Origin: Clostridia bacterium | GTDB taxonomy: Bacteria > Bacillota > Clostridia > Oscillospirales > CAG-272 | NCBI GenBank assembly: GCA_017453365.1 | Contig: JAFTKH010000003.1 | Coordinates: 1,866-65,865 of the forward strand | Direction: 5' to 3' | Length of the DNA stretch: 64,000 bases | Shown here: positions 54,762 to 64,000 of the stretch, piece by piece | How positions within the stretch are numbered: the stretch's first letter is position 1 | Layout: every line of letters starts with the position of its first letter | Made by a program: the position numbers and the translations under genes | The notes under the pieces: model-generated | Told to the model about the DNA's origin: nothing | The model's database searches: none | The model's input: only the letters and a program-made list of their open reading frames with translations

Positions 54762-54771
54762 TTGTATCTCC

Positions 54772-55470
54772 TTATAGCGTCATCAGCCATTCTTCTATTT
54801 TGTCGCAGTAATAGCTGTTGTAGCCGTATTCGTTGGGGTGGCATCCGTCGTTGTTCTTCGTGCTTTCGACACTTATGAATTCGAGCGCAGGGTCTGCACC
54901 GAACTTCGCCCTGATATATGAGATGGGCGGTACGGTTGCGGTAAGGTCGAGGAAGGGAACTCCCCACTTTCGGCAGCACGCCTTCGCCGCGAGGTATAAA
55001 TTATTTTCTTCTCCGCATATTATGGAGGGTCTGAAATGCCCGGAGCACTGATGTACCGCTATGTAGCCTATTTTCTTTCCTGCGAAGCGTGCGGTCAGCT
55101 GCTTCAGCATTGACTCGAAGCCACCAATAAACGTTGTTTCGTCAAAGGGGCCGGAGTATCCCTCCGTCAGCTCGCCGAAGGCGGGCGTTCCGTATACCTC
55201 CCAGTGCGACGAGTCGTTTACACCGCCCTCTACTATCGCGTAGTCGGCGTCGGCATCCATTCTCCCAATATTGGCAGATATCCAATAGTGAGCCTCCTCG
55301 TGTGAGTAGACCTCTGTTGCCACGGTGCCGCCGCCGACACCGATGTTTTGATATTCCATATTGTTTCGCTCCGCGATTATTTTTCCGTAGCCGCCGGGAT
55401 ATCCGACGCCCTCGCAGATGCTGTCACCGTTGAAGCTTATTTTCTTACCGTAAAGAGGGTTTTCTTCCAT
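54772..55470 (-). CDS. SGNH/GDSL hydrolase (paralogue B)
   Basis: FNGDSICEG, GGVND, DGCHPNEYGY. It is collinear with paralogue A along its whole length. Confidence 0.8.
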   Translation of the reverse strand: MEENPLYGKKISFNGDSICEGVGYPGGYGKIIAERNNMEYQNIGVGGGTVATEVYSHEEAHYWISANIGRMDADADYAIVEGGVNDSSHWEVYGTPAFGELTEGYSGPFDETTFIGGFESMLKQLTARFAGKKIGYIAVHQCSGHFRPSIICGEENNLYLAAKACCRKWGVPFLDLTATVPPISYIRAKFGADPALEFISVESTKNNDGCHPNEYGYNSYYCDKIEEWLMTL

Positions 55471-55638
55471 AAAACATCTCCTTTTTTTATAATTCTAGCA
55501 TAGGGGTTTTTAAAAGTAAATAGAAAAAAGAAAAAAATGTCACCGAAATATTATAAAAAATTTTATAAAAGTTAACACAAAGCCAAAAAAGTGTGTTATA
55601 CTATATACGTTAAAGTATAAAATGGAGGTGTCCCCTGC

Positions 55639-56505
55639 TTGTTCGGCTACGTGAAACCCGTCATAAAGGAGCTGCTCGTTAAGGAATACGAGTTCTACCG
55701 CGCTACCTATTGCGGCATCTGCCGTTCTATGAAAAAGCATACGGGTACGCTCTCTAATATTACCTTGACCTACGACAGCGTGTTTCTGGCACTTGTCAGA
55801 ATGGCTTACATAGACGACGGCGCTATCTCGACCCGTATGGGCAGATGCTTTCTCCACCCTGTAAAGCGACGGTGTATGCTCGTCGATAACGAGGCCGTCG
55901 AGTACACATCTTACGCCTTTGCCATTCTTACCTACTATAAGCTTATGGACGACCTCGACGACGAGGGCTTTGTAAAAAAATGCGCGGTTACTACTGTCCG
56001 TCCGATAGCATCTCGCGCGAAGCGGAGGGCGATGCGAGAGGAGCTCGCGTCACTCGTTCGCGATAAGCTTCTCGAAATACGCACTCTTGAGAAAGAGAGG
56101 TGCGCGAGTGCCGATATTCCTGCGGGTCTTTTCGGAGAGCTGCTCGGTGAAATATTCGCATACGGGCTTTCGGGAAGTGACAGGCTCGTTACCTATCAGC
56201 TCGGCTACCACCTCGGTAAGTTTATATACTGTGCCGATGCGGCGGAGGATTACGAGCGTGACCGTGCGAGCGGGAATTATAACCCATATTGCGTCCTCTA
56301 CGACGGTGCGGAGCTGACTGCAGAAAATAAAAAGAGTATTAAAACAGGCCTTCTTCTCGAATGCCATGAGATAGAGGGAGCTGTAAACCTTGTTCCGTTC
56401 GGAAAGAAAATAACCGCAGAAAATATAGTAAAAAATATAATTTACCTCGGTCTGACGAAGAGAATTGAGTTCCTCGATGCCGAGGACGGAAAGGATAAAA
56501 AATGA
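55639..56505 (+). CDS. DUF5685-like protein (tentative family)
   Basis: The [33 protein letters not shown] opening matches my memory of the DUF5685 signature. TTG start 10 nt after GGAGG. Confidence 0.5.
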   Translation: MFGYVKPVIKELLVKEYEFYRATYCGICRSMKKHTGTLSNITLTYDSVFLALVRMAYIDDGAISTRMGRCFLHPVKRRCMLVDNEAVEYTSYAFAILTYYKLMDDLDDEGFVKKCAVTTVRPIASRAKRRAMREELASLVRDKLLEIRTLEKERCASADIPAGLFGELLGEIFAYGLSGSDRLVTYQLGYHLGKFIYCADAAEDYERDRASGNYNPYCVLYDGAELTAENKKSIKTGLLLECHEIEGAVNLVPFGKKITAENIVKNIIYLGLTKRIEFLDAEDGKDKK

Positions 56506-57158
56506 GAGATCCCTATTCCATACTCGGCGTCGGGCGCGATGCCACCGACGAGGAGATAAAGAACGCCTACCGTAATTTGGCGCGTAAGTATCACCCCGAT
56601 AATTATGCCGACGATAATCCTCTGAAGGAGCTCGCCGAGGAAAAAATGCAGGAGATAAACGCCGCCTACGACGAGATACAGAAGACCCGTGCGAAGGGGC
56701 AGAGCACATCTTCCAATGGCAACAGCTACTCGGGCAGCAATAGCTACTCCGACTCTTACTCCGGGGGCAATACTACGCTCCTTAAGGACGTAAGAGAGAA
56801 AATAAATAAAGGCAAATTCCGCGACGCCGAGGAAATGCTCGCCGCTATAAATGAATACGACAGAGGTGCGGACTGGCACTTTTTAAACGCCGTGTGCCTT
56901 AAACGTCGCGGCCGTATAAACGATGCTATGCGTGAGCTTGAGCTCGCATGCAGTATGGATCCTGCGAACGTAGAGTATCAGAGGGCGAAGGAGATGTTTA
57001 ACCGCTCGGGTAACGCCTACGGCAGTGCCTATTACGGCGATAATAACGGCGGAAGAAGGCGCACCCAAGAGGAGGACGTCTGCGACTGCTGCTATAAGCT
57101 CTGGTGTCTTGACTGTATGTGCGAGTGTATGGGCGGAGACCTTATCCCCTGCATATAA
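56502..57158 (+). CDS. J-domain protein with low-complexity linker, TPR-like segment and Cys-rich C-terminal tail
   Basis: DPYSILGV...[11 protein letters not shown] (HPD at residues 31-33). The tail [27 protein letters not shown] has 8 Cys in 27 aa. The start overlaps the upstream stop as ATGA. Confidence 0.8.
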   Translation: MRDPYSILGVGRDATDEEIKNAYRNLARKYHPDNYADDNPLKELAEEKMQEINAAYDEIQKTRAKGQSTSSNGNSYSGSNSYSDSYSGGNTTLLKDVREKINKGKFRDAEEMLAAINEYDRGADWHFLNAVCLKRRGRINDAMRELELACSMDPANVEYQRAKEMFNRSGNAYGSAYYGDNNGGRRRTQEEDVCDCCYKLWCLDCMCECMGGDLIPCI

Positions 57159-57169
57159 GAGGAGCTGCT

Positions 57170-57709
57170 ATGAAGGAAACGAAGAAGCTGGCCTTCAGCG
57201 CCATTACCGTAGCCCTTGGGGTAGCATTTATGCTACTCGGCGCGGTGTTTGAGCCCCTTGACCTTGCGTCATCCTGTCTTGCTTCGGTGCTTTTGCTCTT
57301 TATATATATCGAGGTCGGTGCGCCTTACACCTATCTTGTATGGCTTTGTACCTCGCTTATCAGCTTTATAGTATACCCGACGGCTCTTATGTGGGTAATG
57401 TACCTTCTTGTTTTCGGTATATATCCCATATTGAAGGGCTATATCGAGCGCGCACCGCGCGCCCTGTGGTGGCCTCTGAAGCTTCTTTTCGGAGCGGTTA
57501 GTCTTACGGCACTTTTTCTTATCACGAGCTTCGTGTTAGGAGTACCGCTTGTTGACGAGGGCCTCTTCGGGCTCCCGACTCCGGTTATCTATGCGGCGAC
57601 CGCGCTTCTCGGAGCACTGTGCTTTTTGCTCTACGATATATTCCTTACTGCCGCTGTGCGTGTCTATTATTCGAAAATAAGAAACAAGCTTAAGAACATA
57701 CTTAAATAA
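57170..57709 (+). CDS. polytopic membrane protein of unknown function (about 5 TM)
   Basis: Hydrophobic helices throughout. The ATG at 57170 lies 5 nt after GAGGAG and 11 nt after the J-domain gene stop. Confidence 0.6.
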   Translation: MKETKKLAFSAITVALGVAFMLLGAVFEPLDLASSCLASVLLLFIYIEVGAPYTYLVWLCTSLISFIVYPTALMWVMYLLVFGIYPILKGYIERAPRALWWPLKLLFGAVSLTALFLITSFVLGVPLVDEGLFGLPTPVIYAATALLGALCFLLYDIFLTAAVRVYYSKIRNKLKNILK

Positions 57710-57720
57710 AGGTACATAAA

Positions 57721-59049
57721 ATGACGAAAGTTGCTTTTATCTCCCTCGGCTGCTCTAAAAATCTCGTTGACACCGAGGTAATGATGCATAATCTACATAC
57801 CTCGGGCTTTGAGGTTACCTTTGATACTGCCGAGGCGGAGATTATAGTTGTAAATACCTGCGGCTTTATCGAGAGTGCGAAAACGGAGGCCATAGAGAAT
57901 ATACTCGATGCCGCCGAGCTGAAAACCTACGGAAAATGCCGACACCTTATCGCGACGGGCTGCCTTGTAGAGCGCTACCGCGAGGAGGTATTTACCGAGC
58001 TTCCGGAGCTCGATGCAATAGTCGGTGTCGGCAGTCTTGATAAGATTGCCGAGGCCTGCGAGGCTGTTCTTCGCGGGGAGAAGTACACCTCATTCGAGGA
58101 TAAAAATAAATCAAAGCTTGGCGGCGGCAGAGTGCTTACCACGCTCGGGCATACCGCATATCTAAAGATTGCGGAGGGGTGTGATAATCGCTGTACCTAT
58201 TGCGCTATCCCGCTGATAAGAGGCGGGCTCCGCTCGCGTCCGATAGAGGATATAGTAGAGGAAGCACGGCAGCTCGAGATGGAGGGCGTGCGTGAGTTAA
58301 ACCTGATAGCGCAGGACACCTCGCGCTACGGTCTTGATATCTACGGCGAGTACAGTCTCGCGCGCCTTGTTAGGGAGATAACCGCGAAGACCGAGATACC
58401 GTGGATACGCCTGCTCTACTGCTACCCCGATAAAATAACTGACGAGCTTATTGATGAGCTTCGAGATAATCCGAGACTTGTCAAGTATATGGATATTCCC
58501 ATTCAGCATATATCGGATAGCGTGCTGAAGAGAATGAACCGCCACGGTGACCGTGCGCTTATCGAGAGCGTGATAGAGAAGCTTCGTCGTGAGGTTCCGG
58601 GCATCGTGCTCCGCACGACGGCTATGGTTGGCTTCCCCGGTGAAACCGAGGCAGATTTCGAGGAGCTCTGCGAATTTGTGAAGCGGACACGCTTTGAGCG
58701 CTTCGGAGCATTTACCTATTCGCCCGAGGAGGATACTGCGGCTTATTCAATGGACGGACAGATAGACGAGCAGGTGAAGCAGGATAGGTACGACTGTCTT
58801 ATGGCGACACAGCTTACCGTTACCGAGGATATTAGCTCCGAGAAAATAGGTGAGGAGCTCGAGGTGCTTGTTGACGGTTACGACACCGTCGCCGAAATAT
58901 ACTACGGCAGAAGCTATGCCGACGCACCCGACGTAGACGGTAAGGTTTACGTACGCGCCCCGAAGGGAAGATATAGCTCCGGTGAATTTATCCGAGTTAC
59001 GGTTACCGAGGCTCTCGACTACGACCTTATAGCGGAGCCGTCGGTCTGA
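57721..59049 (+). CDS. rimO: ribosomal protein S12 methylthiotransferase
   Basis: UPF0004 N-domain (ISLGCSKNLVDTE), radical SAM CDNRCTYC, and a TRAM C-terminus. Confidence 0.9.
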   Translation: MTKVAFISLGCSKNLVDTEVMMHNLHTSGFEVTFDTAEAEIIVVNTCGFIESAKTEAIENILDAAELKTYGKCRHLIATGCLVERYREEVFTELPELDAIVGVGSLDKIAEACEAVLRGEKYTSFEDKNKSKLGGGRVLTTLGHTAYLKIAEGCDNRCTYCAIPLIRGGLRSRPIEDIVEEARQLEMEGVRELNLIAQDTSRYGLDIYGEYSLARLVREITAKTEIPWIRLLYCYPDKITDELIDELRDNPRLVKYMDIPIQHISDSVLKRMNRHGDRALIESVIEKLRREVPGIVLRTTAMVGFPGETEADFEELCEFVKRTRFERFGAFTYSPEEDTAAYSMDGQIDEQVKQDRYDCLMATQLTVTEDISSEKIGEELEVLVDGYDTVAEIYYGRSYADAPDVDGKVYVRAPKGRYSSGEFIRVTVTEALDYDLIAEPSV

Positions 59050-59103
59050 ACCGTACCCGTGTTAAATTTGAAATCAAATAAAAGGAGAGGAAGGAAAGTC
59101 ATT

Positions 59104-59724
59104 ATGAAAAGAACATCTTTAAATATTCCAAATACTCTATCTATAGTAAGAGCGCTTCTCGTGCCGATTTTTGTTGCGACGCTGCTGTTTATGAGAAATC
59201 TCGGCGTATGGGGCTGCATCGTTCCCGCTGTCGTATTCATTATTACGGGACTTACCGATATGCTTGACGGTAAGATAGCGAGAAAATATAATCTCGTTAC
59301 CGACTTCGGTAAATTCATCGACCCCCTGGCTGACAAGTTTATGGTCATAGGCTCGCAGATAGCCATACTAGTTTGGATGATGCTCCGTGCTATGGAAACC
59401 GGCAGCGCCGCTGACCTAATACTCCCGCTCGTTTTCGTATGGGTCGTTCTCATTATCCTCCTTCGCGAGCTTGGTGTAACGAGTCTCAGGCTCGTCGTAG
59501 CGGGTAAGAGCGGCATCGTCGTAGCGGCAAGCATGCTGGGGAAGATAAAGACAGTGTCGCAGATGGCGGGCACGGTTATAATTCTTGTCGAGCCGATAAT
59601 TCCGTTCTTTTCTGAAAATCACATACTCTCATACGTGTCTATGGCGGTTATGGCGTTTACAACCCTTTTCTCGGGGCTTGATTATTTAAAGGCGTATCTC
59701 CCACACATAGACAGTAATAAATAG
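59104..59724 (+). CDS. pgsA: CDP-diacylglycerol--glycerol-3-phosphate 3-phosphatidyltransferase
   Basis: CDP-alcohol phosphatidyltransferase motif DMLDGKIARKYNLVTDFGKFIDPLADK. The ATG is at 59104; the track start at 59059 is GTG. Confidence 0.85.
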   Translation: MKRTSLNIPNTLSIVRALLVPIFVATLLFMRNLGVWGCIVPAVVFIITGLTDMLDGKIARKYNLVTDFGKFIDPLADKFMVIGSQIAILVWMMLRAMETGSAADLILPLVFVWVVLIILLRELGVTSLRLVVAGKSGIVVAASMLGKIKTVSQMAGTVIILVEPIIPFFSENHILSYVSMAVMAFTTLFSGLDYLKAYLPHIDSNK

Positions 59725-59776
59725 TAAAAAGTAAAAGCTGCTTTATTCGGGTCTTCGAGATAAAGCAGCTTTTGTT

Positions 59777-60352
59777 TTACTTTTTATCTATTGCATCGGC
59801 AATGGCATAATAAATAGGTATTGTTAGGAAAATAACCCACAGCGGGTGCCAGACGGCATAGAGCATACCGAAAAGAAAATAAATAAATGTCATAAATACG
59901 GGATAGGCAAATGAGGAGAGCCTTCGTGCTTTAATGCAGTCGATGAGAGAATAGTAGACGGGAATAGTAACGTAGAGCGTCCAGCCGACCGCCCAACCGC
60001 GTTCTGTAAGAAAGCCTAAAAGTAAATAAACGACTGTGACAATAATAGGATAGGGGATAGCGTAAAGTAAGGGAATGCCCCTTTTCACTTTTACAACCTT
60101 GCCGTACCTGTCGTCGCGAGCACCGTCATTTGAGTCAAGCACCGACTCAATGTCGGGAGAGTTCACCAGCTCGTCGAGCGAAACACCGAAAAGCTTCGCT
60201 ATCGCTATCAGATTTTCTGTATCCGGATAGGCCTCGCACCGCTCCCATTTTGACACCGCCTGCCTTGATACACCGAGCCTCTCTGCAAATTCTTCCTGCG
60301 ACATTCCCGCCCTCTTCCGAAGAGTGTATAGGTTGTCGCCAAAGTACGTCAT
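59777..60352 (-). CDS. membrane-anchored XRE-family HTH protein
   Basis: LRKRAGMSQEEFAERLGVSRQAVSKWERCEAYP HTH followed by four hydrophobic helices. Confidence 0.75.
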   Translation of the reverse strand: MTYFGDNLYTLRKRAGMSQEEFAERLGVSRQAVSKWERCEAYPDTENLIAIAKLFGVSLDELVNSPDIESVLDSNDGARDDRYGKVVKVKRGIPLLYAIPYPIIVTVVYLLLGFLTERGWAVGWTLYVTIPVYYSLIDCIKARRLSSFAYPVFMTFIYFLFGMLYAVWHPLWVIFLTIPIYYAIADAIDKK

Positions 60353-60432
60353 CACACTAATCGCCTCACTTTCACGAGAATATTTTAACACGTCATGGAT
60401 GAAAGGTCTATAAACACGGCTTTACAGCCCCG

Positions 60433-61110
60433 CTACTTTTTGTTGCGTTTTTTGATTTTTGTAACCTTGAGTTTACATTCATCTGCGATAAAGAAGATTT
60501 CGTGCTCTCCGTATATCATACCGTACTCTCTGTCGCACTCTCCTTTATACGACGGGCGCGGGTCGTGCGCGAGAATGGCCATTATCTCCCCTCTCTCTCG
60601 CTCGCCGAGGGAAGCTTCGCACTCCTTTGGAATATCCACCTCAATGCAGTAGTCGCGGACACCGTCCGAGAAGCCGCATTTGGCATCGGGGTGCGAATCT
60701 GTGTAGGTGAGATACGGTTTTATATCGTAAATAGGCGTTCCGTCGAGGATATCTGCCCCCTCGACTGTGAGCACCGTGCCTTCGTCCTTCGTGTTCTCGA
60801 CGGAGAGAAGGCGCACCGAGGAGAGTCCTATCGGGTTCGGCCTGTAGGGCGAACGAGTAGCAAAAACGCCGACTCTCTTATTACCCCCGAGCCTCGGTGG
60901 ACGCACTGTCGGAGACCACTCCTCGCGCTCTGCCTCGGAAAAATTCCAGATTAGCCACAGGTGTGAGTAGCCCTCGATACCGCGAAGCGCCTCCGGACGC
61001 CTGTATTCTTCCTCGAAAACTATTCTTCCGACGTTACGGGCTATGCCGCTTTGGCGCGGGATACCGAACTTTTCTTTAAAATCCGTGTATATTCTCGCTA
61101 TAATTTTCAA
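60433..61110 (-). CDS. trmO: tRNA (N6-threonylcarbamoyladenosine37-N6)-methyltransferase TrmO (TsaA/YaeB family)
   Basis: FGIPRQ, GYSHLWLIW.F, FATRSPYRPNPIG and DGTPIYDIKPY motifs. Confidence 0.85.
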   Translation of the reverse strand: MKIIARIYTDFKEKFGIPRQSGIARNVGRIVFEEEYRRPEALRGIEGYSHLWLIWNFSEAEREEWSPTVRPPRLGGNKRVGVFATRSPYRPNPIGLSSVRLLSVENTKDEGTVLTVEGADILDGTPIYDIKPYLTYTDSHPDAKCGFSDGVRDYCIEVDIPKECEASLGERERGEIMAILAHDPRPSYKGECDREYGMIYGEHEIFFIADECKLKVTKIKKRNKK

Positions 61111-61269
61111 GAGCCATCACCTCCCTTTTTTAATATATTTTATCATAATGTAAAATAAAAGTCCACCACTACTTGAAAAAAATGTTTTTTTATGCTACAA
61201 TAAACTCGATTATTGTAGGGGAGTGTGGCCTTGACGCCTCTTCCCATTTGCTCATTTGGAGGAAACGGT

Positions 61270-62370
61270 ATGAATAACGTTTACAATTTTGCCGCAGGCC
61301 CGGCGCAATTGCCCGAGGCAGTGCTCCGCCGCGCGCAGGACGAGCTATCGGATAACCGCAGGCGCGGAATATCGGTTCTTGAGATGAGCCATGATTCGCG
61401 CGAGTTCTCAACGGTAATAAAATCTGCGGAGGCTTCTCTCCGCGAGCTTATGAATATTCCCCAAAACTATAAGGTGCTTTTTCTCCAGGGCGGTGCTACG
61501 ACGCAGTTTGCCGCAATACCTCTAAATCTTCTTTCGGAGAGACGCACCGCTGATTACGTAATAACCGGACAGTCCTCGCGTAATGCGTATCTGCAGGCAA
61601 AGAAATACGGCGATATCGCTATAGCTGCGTCGAGCGCAGGAGCGAGTCCCGCATTTTCGACAGTACCGGAAACGACACGAGCAGACTTCCGTCCGGATGC
61701 CGATTACGTCCACATCTGCTACAATAATACAGTCTACGGAACGAAATTTAATTACGTGCCCGATACGGGTAATATCCCCCTTGTAGCGAATATGTCCTCG
61801 TCTATACTCTCCGAGCCTGTCGACGTTACGAAATTCGCTCTCATCTACGCCTCGGCGCAGAAGAATATCGCCCCTGCTGGTATGACAGTAGTTATCGTGA
61901 GAGACGACCTTATAGGCAACGCCCGTCCCGAGACACCGTTTATGCTTGATTATAAGCTGCACGCAGACAGCCGCTCTATGTATAATACACCGCCCGTGTA
62001 CCAAATATATATGGCGAAGCTGATGTTCGATTGGATACTGTCGGTTGGCGGTCTTGACGAAATGAAGCGCAGAAACGAGCGTAAGGCCAGCCTTCTTTAC
62101 GATTACCTCGACTCCCAGCACTATTATACCGCTCCTGTTGATAAAAAATGCCGTTCTATGACTAATGTAATTTTCATCACGGGAGATGCGAAGCTGGATA
62201 CCAAATTTGCCAAGGAGGCAGACCGCGCAGGGCTTAAAAATCTGAAGGGACACAGCTCTGTTGGCGGTATGAGAGCTTCGCTCTACAATTCTATGACCGA
62301 GCAGGGCGTTGCTGCTCTCGTTGACTTTATGAAGCACTTTGCGGAGGATAATCCGAAGCTCGGTGCATAG
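61270..62370 (+). CDS. serC: phosphoserine aminotransferase
   Basis: YNFAAGPAQLPEAVL, FLQGGATTQF and the YASAQKNIAPAG PLP-lysine region. The ATG at 61270 follows GGAGG. Confidence 0.9.
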   Translation: MNNVYNFAAGPAQLPEAVLRRAQDELSDNRRRGISVLEMSHDSREFSTVIKSAEASLRELMNIPQNYKVLFLQGGATTQFAAIPLNLLSERRTADYVITGQSSRNAYLQAKKYGDIAIAASSAGASPAFSTVPETTRADFRPDADYVHICYNNTVYGTKFNYVPDTGNIPLVANMSSSILSEPVDVTKFALIYASAQKNIAPAGMTVVIVRDDLIGNARPETPFMLDYKLHADSRSMYNTPPVYQIYMAKLMFDWILSVGGLDEMKRRNERKASLLYDYLDSQHYYTAPVDKKCRSMTNVIFITGDAKLDTKFAKEADRAGLKNLKGHSSVGGMRASLYNSMTEQGVAALVDFMKHFAEDNPKLGA

Positions 62371-62397
62371 GGACGCGTTTTTTTGAAAGGAAGCTAT

Positions 62398-64000
62398 ATG
62401 ATACGCACGGATTTAAGAAATATTGCTATAATCGCCCACGTCGACCACGGTAAAACCACTCTTGTCGACGAGATGCTAAGACAGGGCGGAATTTACAGAG
62501 ATAATCAGGAGATGGCGGACCGCGTTATGGACTCGGGAGACCTTGAGCGAGAGCGCGGTATAACCATTTTGGCAAAGAATACGGCTATACATTATAAGGG
62601 CGTTAAGATAAACGTCGTTGACACCCCCGGCCACGCAGATTTCGGCGGTGAGGTCGAAAGAATACTTAAAATGGTAAACGGCGTAATTCTCCTTGTCGAT
62701 GCGGCGGAGGGCCCTATGCCCCAGACGCGTTTTGTTCTTGAGCGCGCATTACAGCTCAACCACAAGGTTATAGTCGTCGTCAACAAGATAGACCGCCCGG
62801 ATGCCAGACTCGATGAGATAGGAGACGAGGTGCTCGAGCTTCTCCTTGAGCTCGATGCTACGAACGAGCAGCTGGACTCCCCGATGCTTTTCTGCTCCGG
62901 CAGAGCGGGAACTGCGTCCTTTGACCCCCATGCTCCGGGTACTGACTTGACCCCCCTTCTTGATACCATAATCGAGTATATGCCCGCCCCCGAGGGGGAG
63001 GAGGATGAGCCGCTTCAGCTCCTTGTGTCGTCAATAGACTATAACGAGTTTGTCGGCAGAATAGGTATAGGAAGAATTGAGCGCGGTACCGTGAAGCAGG
63101 GGCAGGGTGTGGCTATATGCAACTATCACGGAGAGGGGAAATCCCGTCCCTCAAAGATAGTTTCCATTTACCAGTTCGACGGCCTAAAGCGAGTCCCTGT
63201 TACCGAGGCGTCGGTTGGAGATATAGTATGCTTCTCCGGCTGTGAGGATATTGCGATAGGTGATACCGTCTGCTCGCCGATGAAGGTTGAGCCGCTTGAG
63301 TTTGTTAAGGTAGGCGAGCCTACAATGGAGATGACCTTCTCCGTAAACGACTCCCCCTTCGCAGGAAAGGAAGGAAAATTCGTTACCTCGCGCCACTTGC
63401 GTGCACGTCTCTATAAGGAGCTCCTTCGCGACGTGTCCCTGCGTGTTGAGGACGGAGATACCACCGATAGCTTCCGAGTTGCGGGCAGAGGAGAGATGCA
63501 CCTCTCTATACTGATTGAAAATATGCGCCGCGAGGGCTATGAGCTCTGCTGCTCGAACCCCCGTGTGCTTTACCGCGATATAGACGGAGTCCGTTACGAG
63601 CCGATTGAGGACGTTATAGTAGACGTCCCCGAGGAATACGTCGGAGCGGTTATGGAGAAGCTCGGCGCAAGACGGGGAACACTCGTTGATATGCAGCTCC
63701 ACGGTACAAGGCAGAAGCTGTTTTACAATATCCCCACTCGTTGTCTTTTCGGCTACAGAAGCGAGCTTCTTACCGATACGCGCGGAGAGGGACTCATCTC
63801 GACTATTTTCGCGGGCTACGAGCCGTTCAGAGGGGAAATAAAGACAAGATTTACCTCGTCTCTCGTTGCGAGCGAGAAGGGAATATCCACGACCTACGGC
63901 CTGTATCAGTCGCAGGACAGAGGGCCTCTCTTTATCGGCCCTGCAACCCCCGTTTACGAGGGTATGATAGTAGGCGAGAACCCGAAGCCCGACGATATCG
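62398..64000 (+). CDS. typA: translational GTPase TypA/BipA, N-terminal part (runs off the window end)
   Basis: Hand translation gives MIRTDLRNIAIIAHVDHGKTTLVDEML...DTPGHADFGGEVER...NKIDR. It is not in the ORF track because no stop occurs before base 64000. Confidence 0.9.
   Translation, partial: MIRTDLRNIAIIAHVDHGKTTLVDEMLRQGGIYRDNQEMADRVMDSGDLERERGITILAKNTAIHYKGVKINVVDTPGHADFGGEVERILKMVNGVILLVDAAEGPMPQTRFVLERALQLNHKVIVVVNKIDRPDARLDEIGDEVLELLLELDATNEQLDSPMLFCSGRAGTASFDPHAPGTDLTPLLDTIIEYMPAPEGEEDEPLQLLVSSIDYNEFVGRIGIGRIERGTVKQGQGVAICNYHGEGKSRPSKIVSIYQFDGLKRVPVTEASVGDIVCFSGCEDIAIGDTVCSPMKVEPLEFVKVGEPTMEMTFSVNDSPFAGKEGKFVTSRHLRARLYKELLRDVSLRVEDGDTTDSFRVAGRGEMHLSILIENMRREGYELCCSNPRVLYRDIDGVRYEPIEDVIVDVPEEYVGAVMEKLGARRGTLVDMQLHGTRQKLFYNIPTRCLFGYRSELLTDTRGEGLISTIFAGYEPFRGEIKTRFTSSLVASEKGISTTYGLYQSQDRGPLFIGPATPVYEGMIVGENPKPDDI

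Noticed and set aside
1-64000. CRISPR arrays, rRNA operons, IS elements, integrases or prophage structural genes.
   Set aside because: No regularly spaced direct repeats, no rRNA-like sequence and no transposase, integrase or capsid-like ORFs were seen on either strand.

Overview
This 64-kb chromosomal window comes from a moderately GC-rich Firmicute, almost certainly a Clostridia-class anaerobe. The evidence is a SCIFF peptide/maturase pair, spoVG, an orphan MsmX-type ABC ATPase, sigma-A type TTGACA-17-TATAAT promoters and GGAGG ribosome-binding sites. All homology calls were made by eye from the translated ORFs, with no searches run.

Most of the window is housekeeping:
- Translation and RNA: asnS 3' end, rsuA, tex, trmO, rimO, typA 5' part.
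- Central metabolism: pgk, tpiA, serC, malQ.
- Envelope, ions and transport: murC, pgsA, mgtE, a cation/H+ antiporter, a heterodimeric ABC exporter.
- Other: TldD/PmbA.

Accessory content:
1. A SCIFF RiPP cassette. Its 47-aa precursor gene is missing from the ORF track.
2. A LexA-like / Y-family polymerase / YolD cassette.
3. A small glycoside-hydrolase/oxidoreductase cluster with a decayed AraC gene.
4. A Na/Pi-cotransporter plus PhoPR-like pair preceded by Pho-box-like repeats.
5. Three tandem SGNH esterases.
6. A DUF5685-like / J-domain / membrane-protein module.
7. An AT-rich islet next to tRNA-Leu(CAG). It is bounded by tRNA-derived repeats and preceded by about 600 nt of hairpin-rich non-coding DNA.

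The most interesting locus is 31992..37359. It is a TasA/SipW-style dedicated-signal-peptidase operon. The SipW-type peptidase is fused behind about eight extra transmembrane helices. Two secreted cargo proteins share a GYAxLSDxLxVT signal-peptide junction. A large two-TM protein with an extra cytoplasmic domain sits mid-operon. A divergent SinR-like regulator has a long palindrome abutting the operon promoter. No CRISPR array, rRNA, transposase or integrase was seen.
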